A stretch of 64,000 bases of DNA from a virus (IMGVR_UViG_3300042360_000330), one strand, 5' to 3'. Shown: positions 37,234 through 47,505, counted from the stretch's first letter. Numbers and translations are program-made. Notes: generated from the letters alone by a model not told the origin.

Positions 37234-38067
37234 ATGGATTTATCTTTAATCAAACAGACGTTGGCCACCTTTAACAACAAAGGCCAGTCTAAGGAAAAAA
37301 CTGATTACACAAAAATTTTCTGGAAACCAAAAGTAGGGAAACATCAAGTTCGTATTGTTCCTTCTAAGTTTAACAAGTCTACACCATTCCGTGAAATTTA
37401 TTTTCACTACGGGTATACTAAAGGACCTATTTTAGCATTAACTAATTGGGGTGAAGCTGATCCTATTGCAGAAGCAGCACAAAAACTTCGCAAATCAGAC
37501 AACCCAGATCATTGGCAAATGGCTAAAAAAATTACTCCTAAAATGAGAGTATTTGCACCAGTTATCGTTCGTGGTGAAGAAGACATGGGTGTTCGTTTAT
37601 GGGAATTTGGTAAAGAAATTTACACTCAATTAATGAACATTGCTATGAATGAAGATTACGGTGATTACACTGATATTCAGGATGGTCGTGACTTTATTGT
37701 AGAAGGCACTGATGATACAGTAGCTGGTCGTAAAGTAGTAAAATGTGTTCTTACACCAAGAGTAAAAACTACACCAATTACAGATGATGCTACGGCTTTA
37801 AAAACTTATTTAGAAGAACAGCCTGATATCTTTGCTATCAATAAGAAACATACTTATGAAAGCTTAAAAGAAATCTTTGAAAAATGGGCTAATCCTGAAG
37901 AAGAAGACGACAATGCCCCTATTGCTACTGCTTCTGATGAAGAAGAAACAGAAACACCGAGTAGAGGAGATTTACCTTGGGAAAAAGAAGAAAAACAATC
38001 TTCTTACACATTACAAACAAAACAACCAAAAGCGGACAAATTCGAAGATTTATTTAACGAAGCATAA
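37234..38067 (+). CDS. Single-stranded DNA-binding protein (gp32-like)
   Basis: FWKPKVGKHQVRIVP; VRLWEFGKEIYTQL; DGRDF; acidic tail ending FEDLFNEA. Confidence 0.85.
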   Translation: MDLSLIKQTLATFNNKGQSKEKTDYTKIFWKPKVGKHQVRIVPSKFNKSTPFREIYFHYGYTKGPILALTNWGEADPIAEAAQKLRKSDNPDHWQMAKKITPKMRVFAPVIVRGEEDMGVRLWEFGKEIYTQLMNIAMNEDYGDYTDIQDGRDFIVEGTDDTVAGRKVVKCVLTPRVKTTPITDDATALKTYLEEQPDIFAINKKHTYESLKEIFEKWANPEEEDDNAPIATASDEEETETPSRGDLPWEKEEKQSSYTLQTKQPKADKFEDLFNEA

Positions 38068-38069
38068 TT

Positions 38070-39170
38070 ATGGCTAAAAGGAACAATATAAATGACGCAG
38101 CATCTACTGCTATAAAAAGTTCTTCTGGAAAATCCTTCGATTTAGATAATTTTAAAAAATCTAAAAACCTATCAGAATCATCAAAGTTCAAAAAACAAAG
38201 ATGGATCCCTTTCTCACCAGCTGTAGCTGACGCACTCTCTATCCAGGGAGTGCCGATGGGACAAGTAACTATTGCTAGAGGAGGATCAGATACTGGAAAA
38301 ACTACATTAATGATTGAAGCAGCAGTGTCTGCTCAACAACTTGGAGTATTACCTGTGTTTATTATTACTGAGATGAAATGGGATTTCTCTCATGCTAAAA
38401 AGATGGGATTAGAAGTAGAAGTAGTATCTAATGCTGAAACTGGAGAAGAGGTTGATTATAAAGGATTTTTCTTATATGTTGACAGATCTTCATTAAACAC
38501 AATCGAAGATGTATCTGCTTTTATAGCTGACATTTTAGATGAACAGAAAAAAGGTAAATTACCTTATGACTTACTATTTCTATGGGATTCAGTAGGTTCA
38601 ATACCTTGCGACATGAGTGTTAAACAAGGAAATAACAATCCTATGTGGAATGCTGGTGCTATGGCTACTCAATTTGGTAACTTTATCAATCAACAGTTTC
38701 CATTATCGCGTAAAGAAAAATACCCTTACACAAATACATTCTTTGTAATTAATAAAACGGGAGTACAACCAGCATTAACACCAATGTCACAACCTAGAAT
38801 GACAAATAAAGGTGGAAACGCAATGTATTGGGATGCTGCTATTGTGATTACATTTGGAAACGTTACAAATAGCGGTACTTCTAAAATTAATGTACAACAC
38901 AAAGGTAAAAAAGTTGAATTTGCTAAACGTACTAAAATAGCGATTGATAAAATTCATGCTGATTGTGGCATTGCTACAGCATCAACTGTGATTGTAACTC
39001 CTCATGGATTTATTCCTGATACACCTGAAGCTATAAAAGAGTATAAAAAGACGTATGCTCACGAATGGTTTGAAGAAATTACAGATATAGATAGCCTACA
39101 GATTACTGAAGATGCTAGTGAATGGAATGAAAGTCAAAGTATATCACCAATGTTAGAAATTGAAGAGTAA
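38070..39170 (+). CDS. recA: RecA/UvsX-like recombinase
   Basis: Walker A RGGSDTGKTT; FLWDSVGS; TNKGGNAM. Confidence 0.85.
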   Translation: MAKRNNINDAASTAIKSSSGKSFDLDNFKKSKNLSESSKFKKQRWIPFSPAVADALSIQGVPMGQVTIARGGSDTGKTTLMIEAAVSAQQLGVLPVFIITEMKWDFSHAKKMGLEVEVVSNAETGEEVDYKGFFLYVDRSSLNTIEDVSAFIADILDEQKKGKLPYDLLFLWDSVGSIPCDMSVKQGNNNPMWNAGAMATQFGNFINQQFPLSRKEKYPYTNTFFVINKTGVQPALTPMSQPRMTNKGGNAMYWDAAIVITFGNVTNSGTSKINVQHKGKKVEFAKRTKIAIDKIHADCGIATASTVIVTPHGFIPDTPEAIKEYKKTYAHEWFEEITDIDSLQITEDASEWNESQSISPMLEIEE

Positions 39171-40198
39171 TGTTTGATAAAAAATTTCTTCTTCAAGTAC
39201 TAGATTCAATAGTAGAAGATAAACCTACTAAGAATAGTCGTATTCTTATTATAGATTCTATGAATACTTTCATGAGAAATTTCTCATCAGTTAATACACT
39301 TAACCCAGCGGGCCACCATATAGGTGGTCTCGTAGGTTATTTACGAAGTATCGGATATGCTATTAAAACATTCCGTCCTACTAGAGTAATATTAGTGTTT
39401 GACGGACATGGAAGTACAGTCAATAAGAAAAATCTATATCCTGAATACAAAGGTAATAGAAGTATATCTCGTATTACAAATTGGGATATATTTGATGACA
39501 AAAATGAGGAAAGTGAAGCAATGAGTAATCAAATGACTCGCCTTATCCAATATTTAAAGCAACTTCCTGTATCTTTAGTATCAATAGATAAAATTGAAGC
39601 TGATGATAGTATAGGTCTTATAGCAAATCATTATGCTGCTGAGGAAGATTGCAAAACAGTAACAATAATGTCTGCTGATAAAGATTTTTATCAATTAATT
39701 AGCGATAAAATTCAAGTTTACTCACCAATTAAGAAAAAAGTATATAAAGTTAATGATGTTCTTGAAGAATTTAATGTGCATCCTAATAATTTCTTAATCT
39801 ATAAAGCATTACTAGGTGATAATTCAGATAATCTCCCAGGAGTTAGAGGATTAGGTCCTAAAAAAATAGTTAAGTTGTTTTCTTTAGAAAGTGCAGATGA
39901 ATACAAATTAGAAGATATTTACAAGATAAGCGCAGATAACGCAAAGAAAAGTCCAATGTACGCGAGTATATTAGAAACGAAAAATCAATTAAATATCAAC
40001 TATCAATTAATGAATATACGCGAACCCAATATATCAGACGATAGCAAAGAAGATATAATTAATTTATTAAATGAAGAGATTACTTCATTAAATGTTGGTG
40101 GATTTATGGTATTATATGAGTCAGATGGACTAGTAAATTCTATACCAAATACTCACGGATGGTTATCAGAAAATTTTGGCTCTCTCATATTAAGATAG
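39170..40198 (+). CDS. 5'-3' exonuclease / flap endonuclease (T4 RNase H-like)
   Basis: LIIDSMN; VFDG; YKGNR; IEADD; MSADKDF; LLGDNSDNLPGVRGLGPK. Confidence 0.9.
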   Translation: MFDKKFLLQVLDSIVEDKPTKNSRILIIDSMNTFMRNFSSVNTLNPAGHHIGGLVGYLRSIGYAIKTFRPTRVILVFDGHGSTVNKKNLYPEYKGNRSISRITNWDIFDDKNEESEAMSNQMTRLIQYLKQLPVSLVSIDKIEADDSIGLIANHYAAEEDCKTVTIMSADKDFYQLISDKIQVYSPIKKKVYKVNDVLEEFNVHPNNFLIYKALLGDNSDNLPGVRGLGPKKIVKLFSLESADEYKLEDIYKISADNAKKSPMYASILETKNQLNINYQLMNIREPNISDDSKEDIINLLNEEITSLNVGGFMVLYESDGLVNSIPNTHGWLSENFGSLILR

Positions 40199-40206
40199 TA
40201 TATTTA
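40175..40206 (+). promoter_or_regulatory. Bacteroidota sigma70-like promoter
   Basis: TTTG-N20-TATATTTA upstream of the helicase gene. Confidence 0.55.
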
Positions 40207-40242
40207 CAAAAATAGGTTATTAACAATTAAATAGGTTATATA

Positions 40243-41604
40243 TTGACAACTTTATCAAAACTGTCCCAATACGGACCCGCATTTCAAATCAAAGTAATAG
40301 GCGCTCTATTAACAGATAGAAATTTCTTAATTACTATATCCGATGCTTTAACTGAAGATTATTTTGAAAATACTTCACATCAATGGATTATTAAGGAAGT
40401 TTTAAGTTATTTTCATAAATACCACACTGTGCCTTCAATGGAAGCATTAAAGGTAGAGATACAAAAAATTGAAAATGATGTATTACAAATAGCAGTTAAA
40501 GAACAACTAGTACAAGCATATCGAGATTCAGAACAGACAGATGCTCAATACATTAAAGATGAATTTTTAGGATTTTGCCGAAATCAGCAAATGAAAAAAG
40601 CTATTATTGCTTCTACAAATTTATTAAGTATTAATGACTTTGATTCAATTAGACAATTAATTCTTAATGCACTTAAAGTAGGTGAAATAAGATCTATTGG
40701 TCATGAGTATGAAAAAGATGTTGAAACTAGGTATCGTGATGATAATAGATCACCAATTCCATTTCCTTGGGATGTTATGAATAATATTACACAAGGTGGT
40801 TACGGTAAAGGTGAATTAGTTATTATATTTGGTAATCCTGGTGGTGGTAAATCATGGGCTATTATTGATATGGCAACACATGCTGCTAAATTAGGATTTA
40901 ATGTATTATATTATACTCTTGAATTAAGTGAAACTTATGTAGCAAGACGTATGGATGCTAATTTATTAAGTATTCCTGTAGATAAAATTACAATGCATCG
41001 TGAAGAAATTGAGCAAATGGCTCAAGAGATACCTGGTAAAATTAAAATTAAAGAATTTCCTGCAGGTAAAACTACATTAGATAATATTGAACAACATATT
41101 GAACAATTAAGAATGCAATATGAATTTGTACCTGATGTAATTTATATTGATTATATTGACTTACTTAAAAACTCATCACGAGATAGATTAGAAGGTACAG
41201 AAGATATATACACCAGTATTCGAGGATTAGCAACAGAATTAGGTATTCCAATTGTAACTCCATCACAAGCTAATAGAACAGGTGCTAAAAGTGATATTAT
41301 TGAAGGAGATAACATAGCAGGTTCATATTCTAAGTTAATGATTGGGGATATCGTTTTATCATTAGCTAGAAATAGAAAAGATAAATTAGAAAATACAGGA
41401 CGTTGGCATGTTATGAAGAATAGATTGGGAGGAGATGGTATGACATTTGCTTCAACCATCGATACTTCCATGGGTAAAATTGAAATATTCGAAGACTTCC
41501 TAGAAATCGATACATCTAGCACAGATAAAAAGCCAGGCGATTATAACGCAGTAGATAGAGAAGAAAAAGACTTTTTAAGAAATTTTATTCTTAATAGTGA
41601 TTAA
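40243..41604 (+). CDS. dnaB: Replicative helicase DnaB/gp41-like (TTG start)
   Basis: GNPGGGKSW; YYTLELSE; IYIDYIDLL; TPSQANR; MKNRLG. Confidence 0.9.
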   Translation: MTTLSKLSQYGPAFQIKVIGALLTDRNFLITISDALTEDYFENTSHQWIIKEVLSYFHKYHTVPSMEALKVEIQKIENDVLQIAVKEQLVQAYRDSEQTDAQYIKDEFLGFCRNQQMKKAIIASTNLLSINDFDSIRQLILNALKVGEIRSIGHEYEKDVETRYRDDNRSPIPFPWDVMNNITQGGYGKGELVIIFGNPGGGKSWAIIDMATHAAKLGFNVLYYTLELSETYVARRMDANLLSIPVDKITMHREEIEQMAQEIPGKIKIKEFPAGKTTLDNIEQHIEQLRMQYEFVPDVIYIDYIDLLKNSSRDRLEGTEDIYTSIRGLATELGIPIVTPSQANRTGAKSDIIEGDNIAGSYSKLMIGDIVLSLARNRKDKLENTGRWHVMKNRLGGDGMTFASTIDTSMGKIEIFEDFLEIDTSSTDKKPGDYNAVDREEKDFLRNFILNSD

Positions 41605-41655
41605 CCTTTATTTTAATGTATTTATAGACCCAACTTTTAAATTTTAAAAACACAC

Positions 41656-42636
41656 ATGAGAGACATTACAAAAGAAAGAGTGGTTTATAAGCCATTTGAA
41701 TACACTGAAGCGCATGACTTCTGGTTAAAACAACATCAAGCGCATTGGTTACACACGGAAGTTCCGATGATGTCAGATGTAAATGATTGGAAACAAAATT
41801 TATCAGAAACAGAAAAAAACATTATAGGTTCTATTTTAAAAGGTTTCGCTCAAACTGAAACAGTAGTAAATGATTACTGGACAAATTTAGTAACATCTTG
41901 GTTTAGAAAACCTGAAATTATTAAGATGGCTGTTACTTTTGGAGCATTTGAAACTATTCACGCTGAAGCTTATTCATTATTGAATGAAGAATTAGGATTA
42001 GATAATTTTTCTGAATTTTTAGAAGATGAAGCTACAATGGCTAAGATTCAAGGATTAATGGATGTAAGAGATTCACACAATGGTGAAGTTGATTGGAGTG
42101 AAAGAGCAAAATCATTAGCTATATTTTCAGCTTTTACAGAAGGAGTAAATTTATTTTCATCATTTGCAATTTTATTATCTTTTAAATTAAGAAATTTATT
42201 AAAAGGAGTAGGACAAATTGTAGAATGGTCAATTAGAGATGAATCATTACATTCTGAAGCAGGATGCTGGTTATTTAGACAATTAATGCTAGAAAAACCA
42301 GAACTAAACACACCAGAACTAAAAAAATCAATTGAAGAAGCAGCTTTATTATCTTTAAAATTAGAATTAGACTTTATTGATAAAGTTTATGAAATGGGAG
42401 ATTTAGATGGTTGTTCAAAATACGATTTAGTTAGCTTTATTAAATATAGAGTTAATACAAAAATGCAAGATTTGGGTTACGAGTCTATAGTAAATGGAAT
42501 TGATGATGCTTCAATTAAAAGAATGAAATGGTTTGACAGTTTATCAGCTGGTAAACAACATACAGATTTCTTCGCATCAAGAGTAACAAATTATTCAAAA
42601 GGAGTTCAAAACTGGGACGCAAACGATTTATTTTAA
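41656..42636 (+). CDS. nrdB: Ribonucleotide reductase class Ia beta subunit
   Basis: FETIHAEAYS; FTEGVNLFSSF; RDESLH; HTDFF. Confidence 0.95.
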   Translation: MRDITKERVVYKPFEYTEAHDFWLKQHQAHWLHTEVPMMSDVNDWKQNLSETEKNIIGSILKGFAQTETVVNDYWTNLVTSWFRKPEIIKMAVTFGAFETIHAEAYSLLNEELGLDNFSEFLEDEATMAKIQGLMDVRDSHNGEVDWSERAKSLAIFSAFTEGVNLFSSFAILLSFKLRNLLKGVGQIVEWSIRDESLHSEAGCWLFRQLMLEKPELNTPELKKSIEEAALLSLKLELDFIDKVYEMGDLDGCSKYDLVSFIKYRVNTKMQDLGYESIVNGIDDASIKRMKWFDSLSAGKQHTDFFASRVTNYSKGVQNWDANDLF

Positions 42637-42639
42637 TAT

Positions 42640-44355
42640 ATGGACAACAACAGCTTAATATCAGATTACACCCAATGGGAAAGAGGTAAAGACTATCCTG
42701 AATATTTCGACGAAATATCATTAGCAACAATTAGCAAGGGATACTTGCTACCTGGAGAAACACCTAAAAAAGCATACAGAAGAGTATCAATAGCAGCATC
42801 TACAAGATTAAACAGACCAGATTTAGAAAATAAATTCTTTAAAATATTATGGAATGGTTGGTTAGGTTTAGCATCACCTGTGTTATCAAACATGGGTACA
42901 GATAGAGGTTTACCTATTTCATGTTTTGGTGTAGATACACCAGATTCTATACGAGGAATAGGCTTAACTAACGCTGAACTGATGAAATTAACATCTGTTG
43001 GTGGAGGAGTAGGTATTGGTTTATCTCGCATTAGACCACGTGGGAAAGAAATTAAAGGTAATGGTAAATCTGAAGGGGTAGTGCCTTGGGCTAAAATTTA
43101 TGATTCAACTATCATCGCTACAAATCAAGGTAATGTAAGAAGAGGAGCAGCATCTGTTAATTTAGATATTAATCATTTAGATATTGATGAATTCTTAGAA
43201 ATCAGAAGACCAAAAGGTGACCCAAATAGACAATGTTTAAATTTACATCAATGTGTTGTTGTAGATGATGCATTTATGAGAAAACTAGAATCAAGAGATC
43301 AAGCATCCATGGAACGTTGGGCTAAAATTTTGAAAGCTAGAATGGAAACTGGAGAACCATATATTATGTTTAAGGATAATGTTAATAAAGCAAATCCTAT
43401 TTCGTATATGATGAATAATCTTGATGTTTCTATGACTAACATCTGTACTGAGATTACTTTACATACAGATGAAGAACATTCATTTATTTGTTGTTTATCT
43501 TCATTAAATTTAGCTAAATATGATGAATGGAAAGATACAGATACTGTTCAATTATCAATTTACTTCTTAGATGGAGTAATGCAAGAATTTATTGAAAAAA
43601 CAAGTGGTAAAGAAAGTATGGTTAGAACAAATAATCACGCTAAAAAAGGTAGAGCATTAGGTTTAGGAGTAATGGGATGGCATACATTCTTACAACAAAA
43701 AGGATTACCATTTAATTCAATAGCTTCTACAGCTCACACACATAATATCTTTAGTAAGCTTAAACTAGAAGCAGAATCAGCATCTCGTCAATTAGCAGTA
43801 GAATACGGAGAACCATTATGGTGTCGTGGAACGGGTATGCGTAATACGCATTTACTCGCGATAGCTCCAACAGTATCTAATAGTGTCATAACAGGAGGAA
43901 TTTCAGCAGGAATTGAGCCATTACCAGCTAACATTTATACTTTTAATGGAGCTAAAGGTACTTTTATTAGAAAAAATAAAGTATTAGAAAACTTATTAGA
44001 AGAAAAAGGTCAAAATAAAGATCAATATTGGGACCAAATGTTAAGAGATAATGGTAGTGTTTTAGGTTTACCTGATACTATATTATCACCTGATGAAAAA
44101 GAATTATTTTTAACATTCCCTGAAATAAATCAGTTAGAATTAGTTAGACAAGCGGCCATCAGACAAAGATATATTGATCAAACACAATCTTTAAATCTAT
44201 CATTTGATCCTCAAGATTCACCAAAATGGATTAATCAGGTTCATATGGAAGCTCATAAATTAGGAATAAAAACATTATATTATTTAAGAACCGATTCAGT
44301 TATTAAAGGTGATTTAGGATCAAGACAAGCTGAATGTGTAAGTTGCGAAGGTTAA
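42640..44355 (+). CDS. nrdA: Ribonucleotide reductase class Ia alpha subunit (no N-terminal ATP cone)
   Basis: LPISCF; TNICTEI; CCLSSLNL; IAPTVSNS; KTLYYLR; C-terminal CVSCEG. Confidence 0.95.
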   Translation: MDNNSLISDYTQWERGKDYPEYFDEISLATISKGYLLPGETPKKAYRRVSIAASTRLNRPDLENKFFKILWNGWLGLASPVLSNMGTDRGLPISCFGVDTPDSIRGIGLTNAELMKLTSVGGGVGIGLSRIRPRGKEIKGNGKSEGVVPWAKIYDSTIIATNQGNVRRGAASVNLDINHLDIDEFLEIRRPKGDPNRQCLNLHQCVVVDDAFMRKLESRDQASMERWAKILKARMETGEPYIMFKDNVNKANPISYMMNNLDVSMTNICTEITLHTDEEHSFICCLSSLNLAKYDEWKDTDTVQLSIYFLDGVMQEFIEKTSGKESMVRTNNHAKKGRALGLGVMGWHTFLQQKGLPFNSIASTAHTHNIFSKLKLEAESASRQLAVEYGEPLWCRGTGMRNTHLLAIAPTVSNSVITGGISAGIEPLPANIYTFNGAKGTFIRKNKVLENLLEEKGQNKDQYWDQMLRDNGSVLGLPDTILSPDEKELFLTFPEINQLELVRQAAIRQRYIDQTQSLNLSFDPQDSPKWINQVHMEAHKLGIKTLYYLRTDSVIKGDLGSRQAECVSCEG

Positions 44356-44356
44356 T

Positions 44357-44539
44357 ATGGATACATCAAATAAAATGCTAAAATATTTGGAGACTGTCGA
44401 AAAAGATGTTAGATTTATAGAAGAACAGATAAAAAACAATCCAAATAATATAACAGAATATGAAGAACAACTAGATTCGCTTTTAGCGAATTTAGGTTCT
44501 GAATTGTTATCACTAAGTAAAGAAGAAGAAACAGAGTAA
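44357..44539 (+). CDS. Hypothetical protein
   Basis: Short helical ORF. Confidence 0.45.
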   Translation: MDTSNKMLKYLETVEKDVRFIEEQIKNNPNNITEYEEQLDSLLANLGSELLSLSKEEETE

Positions 44540-44542
44540 GTT

Positions 44543-45007
44543 ATGAAAAAATTTCAATCAACAAAAGTATTTGATGGATACTCTACAGTATTTCGTCAAT
44601 GGAGAGCAGAAGGAACTCACTGTAGTTTTCTTCATGGTTATGGTATTTCTTTCAAAATTGTATTTGAAGGAGAATTAGACGAAAGAAACTGGGTATGGGA
44701 CTTTGGAGGAATGAAAAGAGCTAAAAATACCATTGATGGTATGCCTCCTAAAGCATGGATGGACTATATGTTCGATCACACTTACATTATAGCTGAAGAT
44801 GATCCATTCTTACCATTAGCTATAGAAATGGATAAAAATGAAATAGCCCAAGTTAGAGTAATACCCGCTACAGGAGCAGAACAATTCGCTAAATTTATCT
44901 ATGATAAAGTATCTGAATTTATTAAAATAGAAACAGATAATAGAGTAAGAGTAGTAAGTGTAGAATTTAAAGAACATACTAAAAACTCAGCGATATATGG
45001 TGAGTAA
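44543..45007 (+). CDS. queD: 6-carboxy-5,6,7,8-tetrahydropterin synthase
   Basis: HCSFLHGY; WVWDFG; FDHT; TGAEQFA; VEFKEH. Confidence 0.9.
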   Translation: MKKFQSTKVFDGYSTVFRQWRAEGTHCSFLHGYGISFKIVFEGELDERNWVWDFGGMKRAKNTIDGMPPKAWMDYMFDHTYIIAEDDPFLPLAIEMDKNEIAQVRVIPATGAEQFAKFIYDKVSEFIKIETDNRVRVVSVEFKEHTKNSAIYGE

Positions 45008-45128
45008 ACCTAACTTAACAATGGATGAGTTCCATCAGTACTTACAAAATGTAATAGACTCTAAATTAGATCTAAGACAGAAAGTAGTAGCAGTAGAAAG
45101 ATATATAAAACAAATAACAGGAAGATGA
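44997..45128 (+). CDS. Small hypothetical protein (43 aa, not in track)
   Basis: MVSKPNLTMDEFHQYLQNVIDSKLDLRQKVVAVERYIKQITGR*; fills the gap between queD and the thioredoxin gene. Confidence 0.4.
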   Translation: MVSKPNLTMDEFHQYLQNVIDSKLDLRQKVVAVERYIKQITGR

Positions 45129-45373
45129 AAAAAGTAATTAGATACACAGCAGCATGGTGTGGACCATGTAAAATGTATGCACCAACATTTGAACAAGTAA
45201 GAACAAGTTCACCACTATCATTTGAAACTATAGATGTAGATTCAGGACACCCTTCAATTACAGAATATGGTATTAGAAATGTACCTACAACTGTTGTAGT
45301 TGAAATAGATGGTACTGTAAGAAAACAAAGCGGAAATATGAGTGCAGACGCACTGAGAACATTTATTGGATAA
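45125..45373 (+). CDS. trxA: Thioredoxin
   Basis: AAWCGPCK; IRNVPT. Confidence 0.9.
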   Translation: MKKVIRYTAAWCGPCKMYAPTFEQVRTSSPLSFETIDVDSGHPSITEYGIRNVPTTVVVEIDGTVRKQSGNMSADALRTFIG

Positions 45374-46161
45374 TGAAAATATCACACGAATTACCGTTAT
45401 CATTATTTCCTTATAGTTTTGGATGGAATGATTATGAATATTGTTTACCTCATTTGTTAGATAAACATGATGAATATAGACAATTCTTTTTAGATTCTCG
45501 AGAAAGAAACCGCTTTATTATAATGGATAATGGTTTATTTGAGGGTGTGACTCATACTACTCAAGACTTATTAGACAAAATCAATCTAATAGAACCAGAT
45601 ATCTTTATTGTACCTGACGAATGGAATGATAAAAATGCTACAGCTAAAAATGCAAAACATTGGAATCAATATGATTTACCTGAACGTACTAATTTAATGG
45701 TAGTAATGCAAGGTACAACTATTGGTGAAATGCATCAACTATACCAACAGTGTGTTGATTTAGGTTATACTCATTTCGCATTTAATCATTCTTCTGTATT
45801 ATATCAAGAATTATGTCCTACAGAAAATAAACTAGCTAATCAAACAGTTGGAAGGGTATTACTTTTAGAAAATATGAAAGATGAAAAATTAATCAAACCA
45901 CATCACTACATCCATTTACTAGGATGTTCGGTACCTCAAGAATTTACTCACTACAGAGATAATTGGGAACCAGGAATGATTAATTCAGTAGATACTTCAA
46001 ACCCAATTATATGTGGTGCCTTAGGTATTAGATATGATGAAGTAGGTTTATTAGAAAAACCATCAAATAAAATTGAAGAATTCATGGAATCTAATTTAGA
46101 TGAACAATTAGAAGACATCAAATATAACATACAATGCTTTAAAAACTTCTGCAATAAATAG
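45373..46161 (+). CDS. dpdA: TGT-fold transglycosylase, putative DpdA-like DNA deazaguanine transglycosylase
   Basis: IIMDNGLFE, IVPD, MQG, IHLLG and SVDTSNP motifs of the TGT barrel; embedded among que genes. Confidence 0.6.
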   Translation: MKISHELPLSLFPYSFGWNDYEYCLPHLLDKHDEYRQFFLDSRERNRFIIMDNGLFEGVTHTTQDLLDKINLIEPDIFIVPDEWNDKNATAKNAKHWNQYDLPERTNLMVVMQGTTIGEMHQLYQQCVDLGYTHFAFNHSSVLYQELCPTENKLANQTVGRVLLLENMKDEKLIKPHHYIHLLGCSVPQEFTHYRDNWEPGMINSVDTSNPIICGALGIRYDEVGLLEKPSNKIEEFMESNLDEQLEDIKYNIQCFKNFCNK

Positions 46162-46192
46162 TTGGAAAACTAATATAAATTTATTATATTTA
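46161..46192 (+). promoter_or_regulatory. Bacteroidota sigma70-like promoter
   Basis: GTTG-N20-TATATTTA. Confidence 0.6.
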
Positions 46193-46212
46193 CACAAATA
46201 AAATTAAACGTT

Positions 46213-46356
46213 ATGAGTAAAACATCTGCAAAAAACAAGTACGAGCAATTAATGGCTTGGTTACCAACTTTAGGACAATCTAAAAAGTCTAAAGTAGAAA
46301 AACAATCCACCAAATTCAGCAAAGCTGATTATTATAAAGAAAGAGGAGCAAAATAA
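46213..46356 (+). CDS. Small basic protein (47 aa, not in track)
   Basis: MSKTSAKNKYEQLMAWLPTLG...RGAK*, directly after a promoter. Confidence 0.45.
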   Translation: MSKTSAKNKYEQLMAWLPTLGQSKKSKVEKQSTKFSKADYYKERGAK

Positions 46357-46529
46357 TGGTAGAAGCATTAAGACATGCTTTTGGTCTTTGTGGAGAACAT
46401 TGGCACCCTAACGTACTAAATATATCAGCTGCTTCTTTAGGATTTGTAGGATTATCTTCATATATTAAATACAAGTTTAACATTTTAAAAAGTTATGTAA
46501 CATGGAACAAGAACAAAAACCGTACATGA
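46356..46529 (+). CDS. Small putative membrane protein (57 aa, not in track)
   Basis: MVEALRHAFGLCGEHWHPNVLNISAASLGFVGLSSYIKYK...; coupled by a TAATG overlap. Confidence 0.45.
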   Translation: MVEALRHAFGLCGEHWHPNVLNISAASLGFVGLSSYIKYKFNILKSYVTWNKNKNRT

Positions 46530-46729
46530 TGTCACTTTATGATTATCTAGGTAAAGCAGCTGGCTCAGAATTAGGTAAAGAAGTAGCAGAAACTGCTGTA
46601 AAATTAAAAGAAACCATACAAAAAAAGTATGTAACTAACACTCGTTATAAAGGTGAAATTTTAATGTATCGACGTGAATTTCTTGATCTTTATTTTGGGA
46701 ACATGGTATATGAAGGAGAACAAAAATAG
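46502..46729 (+). CDS. Hypothetical protein
   Basis: MMSLYDYLGKAAGSELG... Confidence 0.55.
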   Translation: MEQEQKPYMMSLYDYLGKAAGSELGKEVAETAVKLKETIQKKYVTNTRYKGEILMYRREFLDLYFGNMVYEGEQK

Positions 46730-46787
46730 TTGTGGTTTTTAATGGGGAGTGTAATATTTATTACCGCCATAAAATATCACAACTATG
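46727..46787 (+). promoter_or_regulatory. Hairpin sequestering the HNH endonuclease start region, with a putative late-promoter motif at its apex
   Basis: TAGTTGTG (46727-34) pairs with CACAACTA (46778-85, which includes the A of ATG); AATATTTAT at 46753-61. Confidence 0.65.
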
Positions 46788-47450
46788 CCTACTAAAGAAT
46801 ATTTCCAAGAATATAGAAGGAAGAATAATCCTAAATTAAAAGAAAAAGAAGAATTATCTCAACAACAAAAAAAACGTTGTACTAAATGTTCTGAAATTAA
46901 AGAATTTAAAGATTTTGTTCCTCAAAAAGCTGGGTTTATGGGTTTTAAAGCTCAATGTAAGTCCTGTGATTCAAAATACGACAAAAGTTATCAATCTCAA
47001 ACTAACCTTAGATCTAAAAGAGATAAAACCCCTAAATCTATTCAATATAGAAAAGATTATATTTCTAAAAACAAAGATTGGTGGAGGAAATATGAAAGGG
47101 GATATAGATACTCTAGAAGGCAAGAAGATATGTTCTTTAAAATAAAAGGAAATCTAAGTAGTAGACTCTCAGACTTGATACAAAATCGTGGATTGGGTAA
47201 AAGGACAGTAGAATTATTAGGATGTGATAAAGATACATTTTTAAATCATCTTGAATCTCAATTTACTGAAGGAATGACTTGGGAAAATTATGGTTTAAAA
47301 GGATGGCATGTAGATCATATAATACCTATTTCATCTTATGATTTGACTAACGAAGACGAAGTAAAAAAAGCCTGTCATTATTCCAACCTTCAACCACTTT
47401 GGTGGCAAGATAATTTGGAGAAAGGAAATAAAATTCGTACATTAAAATAA
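46785..47450 (+). CDS. Free-standing HNH homing endonuclease with Zn ribbon
   Basis: RCTKC...QCKSC; WHVDHIIP...HYSNLQPLWWQDN. Confidence 0.9.
   Translation: MPTKEYFQEYRRKNNPKLKEKEELSQQQKKRCTKCSEIKEFKDFVPQKAGFMGFKAQCKSCDSKYDKSYQSQTNLRSKRDKTPKSIQYRKDYISKNKDWWRKYERGYRYSRRQEDMFFKIKGNLSSRLSDLIQNRGLGKRTVELLGCDKDTFLNHLESQFTEGMTWENYGLKGWHVDHIIPISSYDLTNEDEVKKACHYSNLQPLWWQDNLEKGNKIRTLK
47414..47445 (+). promoter_or_regulatory. Bacteroidota sigma70-like promoter for queC, inside the HNH 3' end
   Basis: TTTG-N20-TACATTAA. Confidence 0.45.
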
Positions 47451-47505
47451 AGGTTTGAAGCTCCATAACCTGTAAATACCGGAGTAAAGTTTTAAATTTA
47501 ATAAA

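Noticed and set aside
182-47450. The three endonuclease genes as intron-encoded
   Set aside because: All lie between intact genes, no interrupted exons or group I core motifs are evident, and nrdA and nrdB are uninterrupted.
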